DNA of 64,000 nucleotides from Escherichia coli (GCF_044324785.1 NZ_CP172127.1), one strand, 5' to 3'; positions 18,873 to 30,806 are shown, counted from the stretch's first letter. Notes: generated by a model from the sequence alone, not told the origin. Numbers and translations: made by a program.

Positions 18873-19314
18873 ACAACGTCTTATCCAGCTCATTCATATT
18901 GCCCGTAATGAACTGGGTATGGATGAAGACACCTACCGCCAGATGTTACAGGGGCTGACCGGTAAAGCCTCAACCAAAGGAATGGATACCACACAACTAA
19001 ACTGCGTGCTGGAATCCATGAAAAGGAAAGGCTTTCGCGTTAAGCCTGCCGGAAAAGCCAGCTCCGGTTTACCGCTGGATAACCATCCGCAGTCCAGGAA
19101 AATCCGTGCGCTATGGCTTGAAATGGCTGCTGCCGGCATTGTTCGTGACCGTTCAGAAAATGCATTAGCGCGGTGGATCAAGCGGGAAACGGGCATCAGC
19201 GCCCTGCGCTGGCTCAGTACTGAACAGGCAAGCAGTGTTATTGAGAAACTGAAGAAGTGGCAGCGCAGAGCTGCGGGAGTCAAACATGAGCGACCTGAAT
19301 CAGTTTCGAAGTAA
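18862..19314 (+). CDS. GemA-like protein (Mu gp16 family, DUF1018)
   Basis: ATG 18862 with AAGGAG upstream; KQRLIQLIHIARNELGMDEDTYRQML ... KIRALW ... RW pattern. Confidence 0.65.
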   Translation: MMTKQRLIQLIHIARNELGMDEDTYRQMLQGLTGKASTKGMDTTQLNCVLESMKRKGFRVKPAGKASSGLPLDNHPQSRKIRALWLEMAAAGIVRDRSENALARWIKRETGISALRWLSTEQASSVIEKLKKWQRRAAGVKHERPESVSK

Positions 19315-19684
19315 AGGGCCGGAACTCCTGGTGGAGCTGGCACAGCATACCTCTGAGACCGTTCGCGAGATTATTGATATTGAGCCCGCAATTGCCGACC
19401 AGATTGGTCAGGCCGTCGCGAACCGAATGATGCAGGTCTGGGGCGGGCAAAACGTTTATTTCCCGATGGGCATGGTATGGAAGGTCAGTCAGCGCGACCG
19501 GGAAATCTTCAGGGAGTTTAACGGACGCAACCACCACGAACTGGCCCGCAAGTTTGGTGTTTCGCTTCAGTGGGTCTACAGCGTGGTTAAGCGGGTCAGA
19601 AAAGAAGAACTGGATCGGATGCAGGGCAGGTTGTTTGATGAAGATCTGCCAGAGGAGACGAAAGACGTTAACAAATCCAGATAA
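19286..19684 (+). CDS. mor: Mor/C-family late transcription activator
   Basis: 132 aa; GGQNVYFPMG ... FNGRN ... ELARKFGVSLQWVY matches Mor/C family signature recalled from Mu. Confidence 0.8.
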   Translation: MSDLNQFRSKGPELLVELAQHTSETVREIIDIEPAIADQIGQAVANRMMQVWGGQNVYFPMGMVWKVSQRDREIFREFNGRNHHELARKFGVSLQWVYSVVKRVRKEELDRMQGRLFDEDLPEETKDVNKSR

Positions 19685-19729
19685 TTCCTGCTTGTTAAAG
19701 TCCTTTCAAAAATCTCCTTATTGTATAAA

Positions 19730-19760
19730 AGCACGGTAGACCCCTTACCGTGCTTTTTTT
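19730..19760 (+). terminator. rho-independent terminator after mor
   Basis: Stem AGCACGGTA / TACCGTGCT, loop GACCCCT, then TTTTTTT (19755-19760). Confidence 0.7.
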
Positions 19761-19798
19761 ATGCTCTCTCTTTAGTATTCAGGATGCAGGGAGAAAAT

Positions 19799-20431
19799 AT
19801 GTTTGACGTTTCGTTGTTAAATCTGCCATGGGCAACACTGGTGACCCTGACCAGTGGCTATATTGGGTATTTTATTGCGAATGTGGGACTGAAGGATCAC
19901 CACAAGCCCATTGAGGTGACTTTTTCTTCGCTGATTTTTGGCCTGACAGCAATGATGGCTTACCAGGCTGTTATGTGGGCAGGTCTGAATGCCTGGCTGG
20001 CAACACCACCAGCACTTCTGTGTGCCGTTACATGCGGTGCGTGGTGGCGCAGGTACGGTCGCAAATGGATGTACAGATTACTGTGGAATAATGATATTTC
20101 ATGGTCTGACGATACCAGCTCAGCATGGCAGGCAATGTTTGATCAAACAGGCTTCAGCGTTACCGAGGTCAGAGTGATTCTTCGCGATGGTTCCGGTATG
20201 ATGTCACGGCTGCCAGGGAACTTTGAAGAGTGGCCTAACGGTCCGTTTACCCTGGGGAATAAAGGCGATATGGTTCTTTACGTCACGCACAGCAGCCCTT
20301 CAGGCAGTAACGAATGGGAAGAGTATAAAGGCGTGGTTGATAAGTACTGGGGAGCTCTGGCAACCTATATTCCAGCAGATCAGATTGCCAGAGTGGAGAT
20401 CAGGCGCGTTCGTGCAACGAACGATGAATGA
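19799..20431 (+). CDS. membrane protein moron (3 TM N-terminal, soluble C-terminal domain)
   Basis: ATG 19799 with AGGGAG 5 nt upstream, directly after terminator; three hydrophobic segments in first 90 aa. Confidence 0.55.
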   Translation: MFDVSLLNLPWATLVTLTSGYIGYFIANVGLKDHHKPIEVTFSSLIFGLTAMMAYQAVMWAGLNAWLATPPALLCAVTCGAWWRRYGRKWMYRLLWNNDISWSDDTSSAWQAMFDQTGFSVTEVRVILRDGSGMMSRLPGNFEEWPNGPFTLGNKGDMVLYVTHSSPSGSNEWEEYKGVVDKYWGALATYIPADQIARVEIRRVRATNDE

Positions 20432-20434
20432 TGT

Positions 20435-20596
20435 TTATTTTTTCCCTGGGGCAGGGGCTGCCGGCATAGTGGTTTTATTGGCAGAGGAAGACGATTCTCC
20501 TTTTCTACCGGAATCGCGCTCGAACGTCACGATGTGCTTGCTTTTGGGCTTTTCTGAGTAATCCAGGCTATCATGCTTATTGTTTTGAGTAGTCAT
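20435..20596 (-). CDS. small hydrophilic ORF (53 aa), convergent with moron
   Basis: ATG at 20596 (minus) with AAGGA upstream; low-complexity Ser/Lys-rich; below ORF-track cutoff. Confidence 0.2.
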   Translation of the reverse strand: MTTQNNKHDSLDYSEKPKSKHIVTFERDSGRKGESSSSANKTTMPAAPAPGKK

Positions 20597-20749
20597 TGGA
20601 ATCATCCTTTTTGTTGCGGGTCATGTTTCAGCAAACTCGATTCTAAGTTGCCAGGAAGGATGATTTCAATGCCCGACTTATCTATCGTATAGCGGAAAAG
20701 AATTTCAGTTCTGTTCACCAGAACCCATGTTAACCCACTCCAATTCGTT

Positions 20750-20782
20750 ATTTATCTCACGGATCCCCCTTCATTTATCTCA
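20750..20782. repeat. two direct copies of ATTTATCTCA near putative prophage right end
   Basis: Copies at 20750-20759 and 20773-20782, just inside the point where the phoX-like frame terminates. Confidence 0.4.
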
Positions 20783-20789
20783 TGTCTGA

Positions 20790-21245
20790 TCAGTTCCCGC
20801 CCTGCGGCAGGCTAAACCACGCCATGCCGTCGTGGTGCATCCCGGCCTGCGCCGCCTGTTCTTCCGTGGTGTTGCTACCGTCGGTTTTAAAAACCGGCAG
20901 ATTTCCGGCAATCCCGGTGGCGTCGCCCCATTTGTAGAAGGGCTTCGCGATGTATCCTTCCGGCACGATAACGGTATCTTCCGTGGAAACCGGCAGGCTG
21001 GTGAAACCGAGCGTCGTCGCTTTGCCGAGGTTACCGCTTGCTTTGGAGACCACTTTCGCCAGCGCGTTTTCCTGTTTCAGCAGAAATGGGAACGCTGCCG
21101 CGGCACCGGCGACCGTGCCTGCCTGTAACAGACGGCGGCGTGACAAATAGACTTCCGCCACCTGCGAAAACGCGCGGTTATCGCTCGGGTTACTGATTTC
21201 TTCACTATGCTCACGTTTGAATAAAGTTTTTAACGGTCTGCCCAT
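20790..21245 (-). pseudogene. Tat-signal secreted protein, PhoX/DUF839-like N-terminal fragment (3-prime truncated)
   Basis: SRRRLLQAGTVAGAAAA Tat motif; frame ends abruptly at 20790 after about 150 codons. Confidence 0.4.
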
Positions 21246-21667
21246 TGCGGTTTCCTTTCAAAAAATCGATTTCAAGGGGAATCATTTTTATGCACGTGAG
21301 TCTACGGAAAGATTGTTACGGAAATATAACAATTGTCATAAAAAACCGGCGATAAAATCATCTATGGTCGGGACGCGGTTTCAGGTATGATGTGAGGCTA
21401 GAATTCTGAACGCTCTCTTTTGTTGAGCATATATGGACGTCCCAGATGAGGCAAGTACTGGTTCGATGCGGTTTGCGACCATATATCCGGCGTCGTTAGT
21501 AGGTTCAATGACCTGCGCCATGATGTTATCCGGGCCCTATTTCCTAATCACTACACCGGTATTTGATTACCCAGGTCAACTTCAGACTGTTACAGGGGCG
21601 GTAGCCGTTATCTCATCAGTGAATGTAAACTCAGTTAAAAATATTTTCTATAACTTACTGTTTTTCT

Positions 21668-21877
21668 TTAATTCATCACAACGGCCTTCTGCATATTAAA
21701 ATCAATACTATCGCTCAAAACACGCCAGATGATTCTTGTCAGCTTATTCGCCAGCGCACCAGTGGTTTTCAGGAACCCTCGACGGGCTTCCATCCTTTGC
21801 AGACAAATACTCAGACTGTCAGTGAGCTTTTTCACACAGCGCATTACAGACTGAAATGGCACACTGAATTTGGTCAC
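21668..21877 (-). pseudogene. IS110-family transposase C-terminal fragment
   Basis: 69 aa with ALANKLTRIIWRVL motif typical of IS110-family C-termini. Confidence 0.5.
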
Positions 21878-21879
21878 CT

Positions 21880-22624
<745 letters not shown>

Positions 22625-22630
22625 CTAGCT

Positions 22631-22667
<37 letters not shown>

Positions 22668-23426
22668 TAATTACACTGTGGGTTGACGCCGGAAGAATCA
22701 GAGAACAGATACCGTTCTTACTGTAAAACGTGGCTAATATTAATTGAGCACTGCAGTGTTCAGAGCACAAAGAAGAAAAAAGATGTGTGCGAATGCCTGT
22801 AATGTGTTAAAAGAATGTTCCGCGTTTCCGGTACGCTTTTCGTAACTAACAATGCAGGGTGACGTAACGCTGGTTGTGCCGGAAACGCGTCCCTCCCCCT
22901 ATCTTTCCTGTTTGGATTTGCCCCTATATTTCTGGATTATCCGACAAAACCGGCGTGAAGTATTACTCTCGTCGCCCAGCACCATAAGGATAACGCCCAT
23001 AAAATCATGAAACTTTTCTTCCAGATTGGATACAATCAGGCCGTATCCCGTATTACAGGCTTATCACGTGTGACAGTCAGTCTCTGGGTGTGTTCAGGAA
23101 CATTCCCTGAAATGTCAACCCGGCCTCCAGAGCGAGGACTTCTGGCCCCATGGAGGGAGTGGTTAAAAGAGCAACGAGAAAGTGGTAACTTCGGCGCGTG
23201 GCTGCAAGGATGGCAGCTGATGCTGCGGCTATATGTGAGGCAATCGGCAGTCGCTGGAATAATGGGGGTTGTCGAAAGTCATGTAAATAGACTAAAAATG
23301 CTGAAAGGCCAGATGTATGGTCGAGCCGGATTTGAACTACTCAGACAGAGGGTCATGAGTCCACTGGCATGAAAATCTCCATCCAGGTTGCGTAAGAGCC
23401 ACTTTTCATCCGTCGTCGATATCTGG

Positions 23427-24621
<1,195 letters not shown>

Positions 24622-24990
24622 TTAACGTTATCCGCTGACGTCGATATTCCCGTGGTGAGAGATAACCTAACGCACTATGCGGATGGTTTTCATTGTAATG
24701 CTCGAACGCCTCTGCAAGGTTATGCAATGCCGTTATTACATTCAGTTTCGGCATGAACGCGATGTAGTCTTCATTCACGTTTTCACGAACCTTTCTGCCA
24801 TTCTATTGCTCTGAGGGCTACTGACTGCCGTCGTGCAGGGCTCCAGATTCAACTCTCTGGCGAATTGCCGTGTTTCATGAGCCGTATAAGCCGAACCGTT
24901 ATCCGTCCGCCACTGGATTGCTCGTTCCGGTCCTTTATCGCCAAAGCGTTTTTCTATCGCTCCTAACATCACATCCTGCACTGTCGGCTT
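24622..24990 (-). pseudogene. IS3-family orfB C-terminal remnant, interrupted by IS5
   Basis: Fragments ...[15 protein letters not shown]... and ...[23 protein letters not shown]...SPQSN..AERF. Confidence 0.5.
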
Positions 24991-25403
24991 TATCGTAACC
25001 TCCCGTACTGGTCACGGGCAGACTGTTCATCATGTTAAACCCAGCCGCTGTCAGATCATGCACCGGCCGGATGGCGGGCTGACCTGCCCCGCCGCGCTGC
25101 TGCCCGCCAATCCATTTCTTACCTTCCTTCCCGGTGGCCTGACGTCCGGCCTCGTCCCCTTTCACCGCATCACCGTCACCGCTGTTCACCACCTTCTTGT
25201 ACTCTTCCAGCATCGCTGGCCTGCGTCCATTTGCTGCGATCAGAAAAGTCCATCATCCGTTTTGCCATGTTCTGGCAGTTCAGTTACGCCTTGTCGAAAG
25301 CCACATTCGCCTGCAGCACACCGTTGGTGATCATGTCGTACAGGCCGGGGTTGGCACGCTGTATCACCATCGCCGGCAGACTGGCAGCGGCGCCGGTCGC
25401 CCC

Positions 25404-26114
25404 CTAAATCACATCCCCCATCAGATTTTTAAAGCCGTCGGTCAATCCGTTAAGATGATTACCCACCGTGGTCTTCAGGTCAAAGTTGCCGCACATCAGA
25501 TCGCTGCTCCAGCCCAGGTCCATACCCAGCTTCTGCATGTTGCTGCGCGTGGCCAACTGTGAGATCACCGAGCCGCCACCCAGCGTATAGAACAGTTTGT
25601 CGGATACGGCGCCATCCACGGATTTCCCGTAACCGAACGTGCTGTCATTCAGTTTCGGCAGGGAAAGAAGATCAGCCATCGCCGGAATACTGCAGTACAG
25701 CATCACACTCAGTGCCACCATACCTGTTTTCATCTTCATCATCATGGTTCCTTAAAAATTCGTACTGCCAAGGAATCGCTGCCCGCGCTTTTCGAAGCAG
25801 CTGTAAGGCTGCCACAGTGCAAAGGCTGCATTACCGTTCTCCGCCGCCTGGTGTTCACCATCCGGGAAAACGGCACAGGAACGCGACACTGACGGCGTCA
25901 GTCGCTGCCATTTGTGATTGCGGGTGCCGGTGTTTTCCTCCACCGCCTCCGGGGGCCAGTAGCCGTCACGTTTCACGCCCTTAACCTCCCTGTAGACATG
26001 CGACTCCCCCATCCGCGTGATAATGTCGGCCACCCGCTGAGCCCCCACCGCCGCGGCCCGGTCATCATCGCTCTGCATCACAAAACCACTCCGGTGATAA
26101 ACGCTCCCCCACAT
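25404..26114 (-). pseudogene. stop-interrupted secreted-protein fragments, possibly conjugative-element derived
   Basis: Signal-peptide ORF followed by in-frame stops; weak recall-based assignment. Confidence 0.3.
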
Positions 26115-26195
26115 GTTTTTATCGGCCTAGCTGCCAATCTCGCGTTTGCCGGGAACCTGTGCCTCTGGATACAGGGATTCAGGTAATCCCGTTCG

Positions 26196-26726
26196 CTAGA
26201 CGATGCTGTCCAGGGTACTGAGGAAATAGGCCATGGCCGGTGTCACCGGTGAATCACAGCTGAATCCGGGTACCATCCCGCCGATAAGCTGTGTGGCCGG
26301 ATGACCCAGCGCATCTGCATATTTGAAACGAATTGCTGAACGGCGCTTCCCCTGTATTTTCATATCCGCCGGATTTCCCCCGCCGGCACTCAGCCCGGAC
26401 AGGCCGTCAGTGATGGCATTCTCCGGGCCACCTGCGGTCCGGCTGACCAGCGACATCTCTTTCCAGGGATTACCACCCGGTGCCGTATAGGTGGAAATAA
26501 CCACTTCCGGGATGAAATGTGTCACCTTCACGGAAATTCTGACCGTACAGCCAGACGCGCTGCAGTAAAGCCAGTAACAAATCCCGCTGACACGCCAGCT
26601 GATATAGTCCGGTGCCGCAGTACTGGCGATAATGCTGGCGGTGTTCAGTGATACAGACGCCAGGGGCAGTGATGCCACACTCAGTAACAGCACGCCGGTA
26701 CGCAGACGACATTTCAGGGACATCAT
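26196..26726 (-). pseudogene. TraU-like conjugative transfer protein fragment
   Basis: Signal peptide then GICYWLYCSASGC region; interrupted by stops. Confidence 0.4.
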
Positions 26727-26839
26727 GGCTGCACTCCTCCCTCAGCACGGATTTTCCCGGCCATCACCACATCCATGGTGCCGTAAACCACCTCACTGTC
26801 ATCAAACACCACGGCAGGGTATTTCTTCACGCCCAGCGA

Positions 26840-27118
26840 CTAGGCATGTGCCACATCGCGGTAATGACCGGCCAGTTCCGCCTGCATCGTCTGCCATTCG
26901 GGAGACTTCATACGTACCCTGACCACCGATTCAGCCTCACCCGCATCAGCAGGCAACAGGCCCCAAAAGCGGCTCTGAAGCTGCTCAGGCGCATCCAGCA
27001 GAACCACCCTGACACCATCAGGAGGATTAACGGGAAGATGCTGAGAATCGGTATAAATTGTTGTGCCGGCAGACGCTGCCAGCGGCAGGAAAAACAGGGA
27101 ACAGAAAATCCGGTACAT
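26840..27118 (-). pseudogene. small secreted conjugative-element-associated protein, stop-interrupted
   Basis: Signal peptide; frame continues after a TAG into ...KKYPAVVFDDSEVVYG... Confidence 0.3.
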
Positions 27119-27127
27119 CGTACACCT

Positions 27128-27148
27128 CAGTCAGATATTATCTGACTG
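27128..27148. repeat. perfect 21-bp palindrome (10+1+10)
   Basis: CAGTCAGATA T TATCTGACTG, 10 bp upstream of the minus-strand start at 27118. Confidence 0.6.
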
Positions 27149-27313
27149 ACAGCGTGCGAAGAAAGCGCTCATTTATCAGCAATAAATTAAAAACGGGATT
27201 AAAAAATTACGGTGGGATCCGGGGAAGTGTATCTGCCAAGCATAACAGACAGTCTGTGATTATACCCGGCCTTTCACAAAGCCGGGGAACTGATTCATAC
27301 CAAGTGGTGATTT

Positions 27314-27565
27314 TCAACAATAAGTATAATGAGGTTGTCCCGGCACCGGTGGCAGTGGTTCGAGATAGACGTCATCAACAAAAACACAGGGGAATTTTTC
27401 AACTGCACATCCAGCACGCTCAGACATTACCTTCAGACTGATACCATGTTTCTCAGCATCAATAAAGAGGACATCTGCCCCTGTTTCATCCCGGAGATTT
27501 GTCGCATGATGCATGATCCGGTGTACTGAAGGACATGTTTTGTAACCAAAAACACATATACGCAT
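27314..27565 (-). CDS. hypothetical small protein
   Basis: ORF 27314-27607; start taken at MRICVFGYKTCP. Confidence 0.3.
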   Translation of the reverse strand: MRICVFGYKTCPSVHRIMHHATNLRDETGADVLFIDAEKHGISLKVMSERAGCAVEKFPCVFVDDVYLEPLPPVPGQPHYTYC

Positions 27566-28051
27566 GTTGCACCTCCTGATCACTGGTTGACGCCGATAAT
27601 AAAACAATAATGTGAGCGTAAAAAATGCACCTCATACCACATTTCTGTAAAAGGCTCTGGCTATCACTGCAAAAAGCAAAATCTTAATTCCAGCATCACT
27701 TGTTACTCTCATTCCGTCACTTATATTTACCCACATGGCGATGTATTTAATTACTGCCCATAAGAATAAAAGCCGCTGGCGGATTATTTCTTTATTACCC
27801 GGATGCGGTCACAAGCCCACACATCGTCAACTACCTGCCGGTAATATTAACTGTCAGAAGAACGCATACATCCGGATGTTTACAGAGTCGCGCGCCTGGT
27901 CACAGGTGACAACAGAAGTATGCCATACTAAAGGAGTAAACGGCGGGTCACTGGTGATCAAACACCTGCATCGTGTGTTGCTGCCACTGCCCTCAGGTGA
28001 CAGAGGCAGCATCTTTACGTATTATAATGCGTTATATCGGGTTTGTTGTTA

Positions 28052-30139
28052 TCAGAACTGATAGTTCAGCGACATCCAGTAATTTCTCTCAGGTATCACA
28101 TAACCCGTTGTCGATGCCCCCGTCTGGAAGTAATCACCCGCATAAAGCGTACCACTGCCGGCACGATACAGACTTACGTCACTGTAATCCTTGTTAAGCA
28201 CATTATTCACCGCTGCATTCAGCATCAGTGCATCCGTCACTTTCCACGACATGCCCGCATCCAGTACCGTCCAGGCTTTCAGATATTCACCTTTCTCATC
28301 ATACACTTTCTTCTGTACAGCTGAGAGTGACGAATAATTCTGGGTGAAACGTGGCGTTTTCCCGCGGTAACGGGCACCCAGCCATGATGTCACCTCTTCA
28401 GTAATCTGCCAGTTCAGTTTCGCATTCACCATATGCTCAGGGGTGTAACTCAGTGGTGCACCTTTATTATCCCCATCCCGTTGTTCACTCTGCGTCCAGG
28501 TATAATTCAGAGACAGAGTCACATCCTCTGACAACAGAGGCAGTGTGCCGGCAAATTCCACGCCCTGAGTCCTAGCCTTTCCGCTGTTTGTGTAGCTGCG
28601 GGTATTATCATCAATGGAATAAGATACGATCTTGTTGGAGAATTCTGTCATAAAGCCCGTGATATTGGCGTTCAGACCGGCATGATTATCGTAATACACG
28701 CCCGCTTCATAACTGACACTCTCCTCCGGCTTCAGGTCCGGGTTACCGAGAAGATTCGTACGCCCCTGACCGGACACACCGCTGATCCCCTTATGTAACT
28801 GCCCCATGCTGGGCGCCTTATATCCCGTGGTCACCCCACCTTTCAGCGTCCACGCATCAGTCACATCCCAGACCATATATGCCCGGGGACTGAAGTGTCC
28901 TCCGAACACCTCATAGCGTTCATAGCGGCTACCCGCAGTCAGTGCAAATGCATCCGTGATATACCACTCATCCTCAACAAATGCCGACCAGCTTTTCTGA
29001 CGGAAGGTTTCACCAGTACTGGCGAGAACAACCCCGTCTTTCATGGAGGAGTTCTGATACTCACCACCGACGGTAACCTTGTGTGATTCCCCCAGAGGTG
29101 CAAACAGTAATGAGCTCAGGATAAGATTCGACTCCTTAAGCTCCCTCGGCTGGCCGGCAAGCCCCCATTTATCACGCTGCAGTACGCTACGTACAAGCTG
29201 ACGGCCTTTATTTTCCGTCTCATTCCAGTTCAGAGATGACTTCCAGGCTCCGAAGGTGAATGTATGATCATAGCCTGCTGAAATTTTATTACGCTCATAG
29301 CGCAGGGTGCGATCATAACCGCCCGTCAGACTGCCCAGCTGGCCATCTCGGTTATCATAACGCTGCCGGGCGATATCCATATCAATCCAGAGTACATCCT
29401 TGTCCGTCGCTTTCCAGTCAAGACGACCACCTGCATTATAATTCTGTGATTCCGTGGGATAAGGGATACGCGTAGCTGAGGTGTCGCTCAGTGATGTGAC
29501 CGATGAGCCCTGACGCTGCTGTGTGCTGCCACGTACCTGAAGGCTGAGTGAATCATCCACAAGGGGACCGCTGCTCCAGAAATTAAACTGGCTGCTGTTC
29601 CCCCATTTGTTACTTTCCTGCAGGTTCAGCCCGGCATTAACCGAAGAGCGCCATTTGTCTGCATTCTTTTTGGTGATGATATTCACCACGCCCCCCATGG
29701 CATCAGAGCCGTACAGAGTGGACATGGGGCCCCTGATAATCTCAATACGTTCGATGGCGGCCAGAGGTGGCATAAAACCCGTATTCATGGCAGCATAACC
29801 GTTTGGGGTTACGTCACTGCTCCCGCCCTGACGGACACCATCGATCAGTATCAGCGTATAACTGGCAGGCATTCCGCGGATGCTGATTTCCAGCCCACCT
29901 GTTTTACCCGTACCGCTTTCAACATCCACCCCCTCTACGGATCTCAGTGCCTCCCCCAGATCATGATACTGGCTGGATCGCAAATCCTCCTGGCTGATCA
30001 CTGAAACACTCGCAGCTGCACTGGTTAATTTTTTTTCATAGCCAGACGCCGTGACTACCATCACATCTTCCGCAGCCATACTGCTGACTGAAAACCCGAG
30101 ACAAGGGATGGCTACTGAAGCCAGAGTGGTTACTCGCAT
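28052..30139 (-). CDS. iha: TonB-dependent outer-membrane siderophore receptor / adhesin, IrgA-homologue (Iha-like)
   Basis: 695 aa; signal peptide, plug and beta-barrel hallmarks, C-terminal ...YWMSLNYQF; close to Iha as recalled; Fur box upstream. Confidence 0.75.
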   Translation of the reverse strand: MRVTTLASVAIPCLGFSVSSMAAEDVMVVTASGYEKKLTSAAASVSVISQEDLRSSQYHDLGEALRSVEGVDVESGTGKTGGLEISIRGMPASYTLILIDGVRQGGSSDVTPNGYAAMNTGFMPPLAAIERIEIIRGPMSTLYGSDAMGGVVNIITKKNADKWRSSVNAGLNLQESNKWGNSSQFNFWSSGPLVDDSLSLQVRGSTQQRQGSSVTSLSDTSATRIPYPTESQNYNAGGRLDWKATDKDVLWIDMDIARQRYDNRDGQLGSLTGGYDRTLRYERNKISAGYDHTFTFGAWKSSLNWNETENKGRQLVRSVLQRDKWGLAGQPRELKESNLILSSLLFAPLGESHKVTVGGEYQNSSMKDGVVLASTGETFRQKSWSAFVEDEWYITDAFALTAGSRYERYEVFGGHFSPRAYMVWDVTDAWTLKGGVTTGYKAPSMGQLHKGISGVSGQGRTNLLGNPDLKPEESVSYEAGVYYDNHAGLNANITGFMTEFSNKIVSYSIDDNTRSYTNSGKARTQGVEFAGTLPLLSEDVTLSLNYTWTQSEQRDGDNKGAPLSYTPEHMVNAKLNWQITEEVTSWLGARYRGKTPRFTQNYSSLSAVQKKVYDEKGEYLKAWTVLDAGMSWKVTDALMLNAAVNNVLNKDYSDVSLYRAGSGTLYAGDYFQTGASTTGYVIPERNYWMSLNYQF

Positions 30140-30188
30140 ATCTTCTCTCCGATTATATTAATCAGAGAGAAGATAAACAAACGCAAGA

Positions 30189-30207
30189 GATAATGAGAAT
30201 GATTTGC
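30189..30207 (-). promoter_or_regulatory. Fur box upstream of iha
   Basis: GATAATGAGAATGATTTGC against consensus GATAATGATAATCATTATC, about 50 bp upstream of the start. Confidence 0.55.
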
Positions 30208-30463
30208 TTTTGGTTTTTACATAAAAAAGCAAAAAATTACAAAATATTACATAAGGTTCTACTATACCCCGAATTTCAGTTGAGGACGTTCTTTTCTCTA
30301 GGGGAAAGTAACGGATAGCAATCGTTGACGATCCATATCGGATTTTTGCACTATGGGTATTTATCCAATCTTTATCAGTTTCTTGTCCTTGGATATGTTA
30401 ATCATACACTATCGGATATTTCGTACATCAGACAGGTGAATATAATTAATAATGAGGAGTTTT

Positions 30464-30736
30464 ATGGACAATAGAACAATTACTCTGCAGGAATTACTCG
30501 AGTACATGTCAATGCTTCGAGACGACATGAATGCTCTCACGGTTGCATTTTCATATCTGGCTTCATCGCTTCCTAAGGAACAGATGATACAAATACTGGC
30601 ATTCATTCATTTTGAATCAAATAATTCCAGATGGTCTTCAGAACAGCAGAAATCTTTCAAATGGCTAGCATCACTACTGGAGGGCTGTTATACAGTTCAC
30701 ACAAACATTTTTGATATACCATCAAAGAACCACTAG
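30464..30736 (+). CDS. hypothetical small protein (90 aa)
   Basis: ATG 30464 with GAGGAG 6 nt upstream; followed by intrinsic terminator. Confidence 0.4.
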   Translation: MDNRTITLQELLEYMSMLRDDMNALTVAFSYLASSLPKEQMIQILAFIHFESNNSRWSSEQQKSFKWLASLLEGCYTVHTNIFDIPSKNH

Positions 30737-30778
30737 TACATTATGATACATTCCCTCTGAAATATATTTCTACTTTGA

Positions 30779-30806
30779 GCGCCTCTGACTTTATGAGGCG
30801 CTTTGT
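30779..30806 (+). terminator. rho-independent terminator
   Basis: GCGCCTC ... GAGGCGC stem followed by TTTGT. Confidence 0.5.

Noticed and set aside
1-20790. Two separate prophages (one late-gene fragment, one early-gene fragment) rather than one element
   Set aside because: No duplicated functions, no recognisable phage end between 8654 and 11195, and one Mor-type activator serving one late operon; not excluded, so listed as a refutation condition.
21433-21699. 88-aa plus-strand ORF beside the phoX-like promoter
   Set aside because: No RBS, overlaps an IS110-family fragment on the other strand, no recognisable features.
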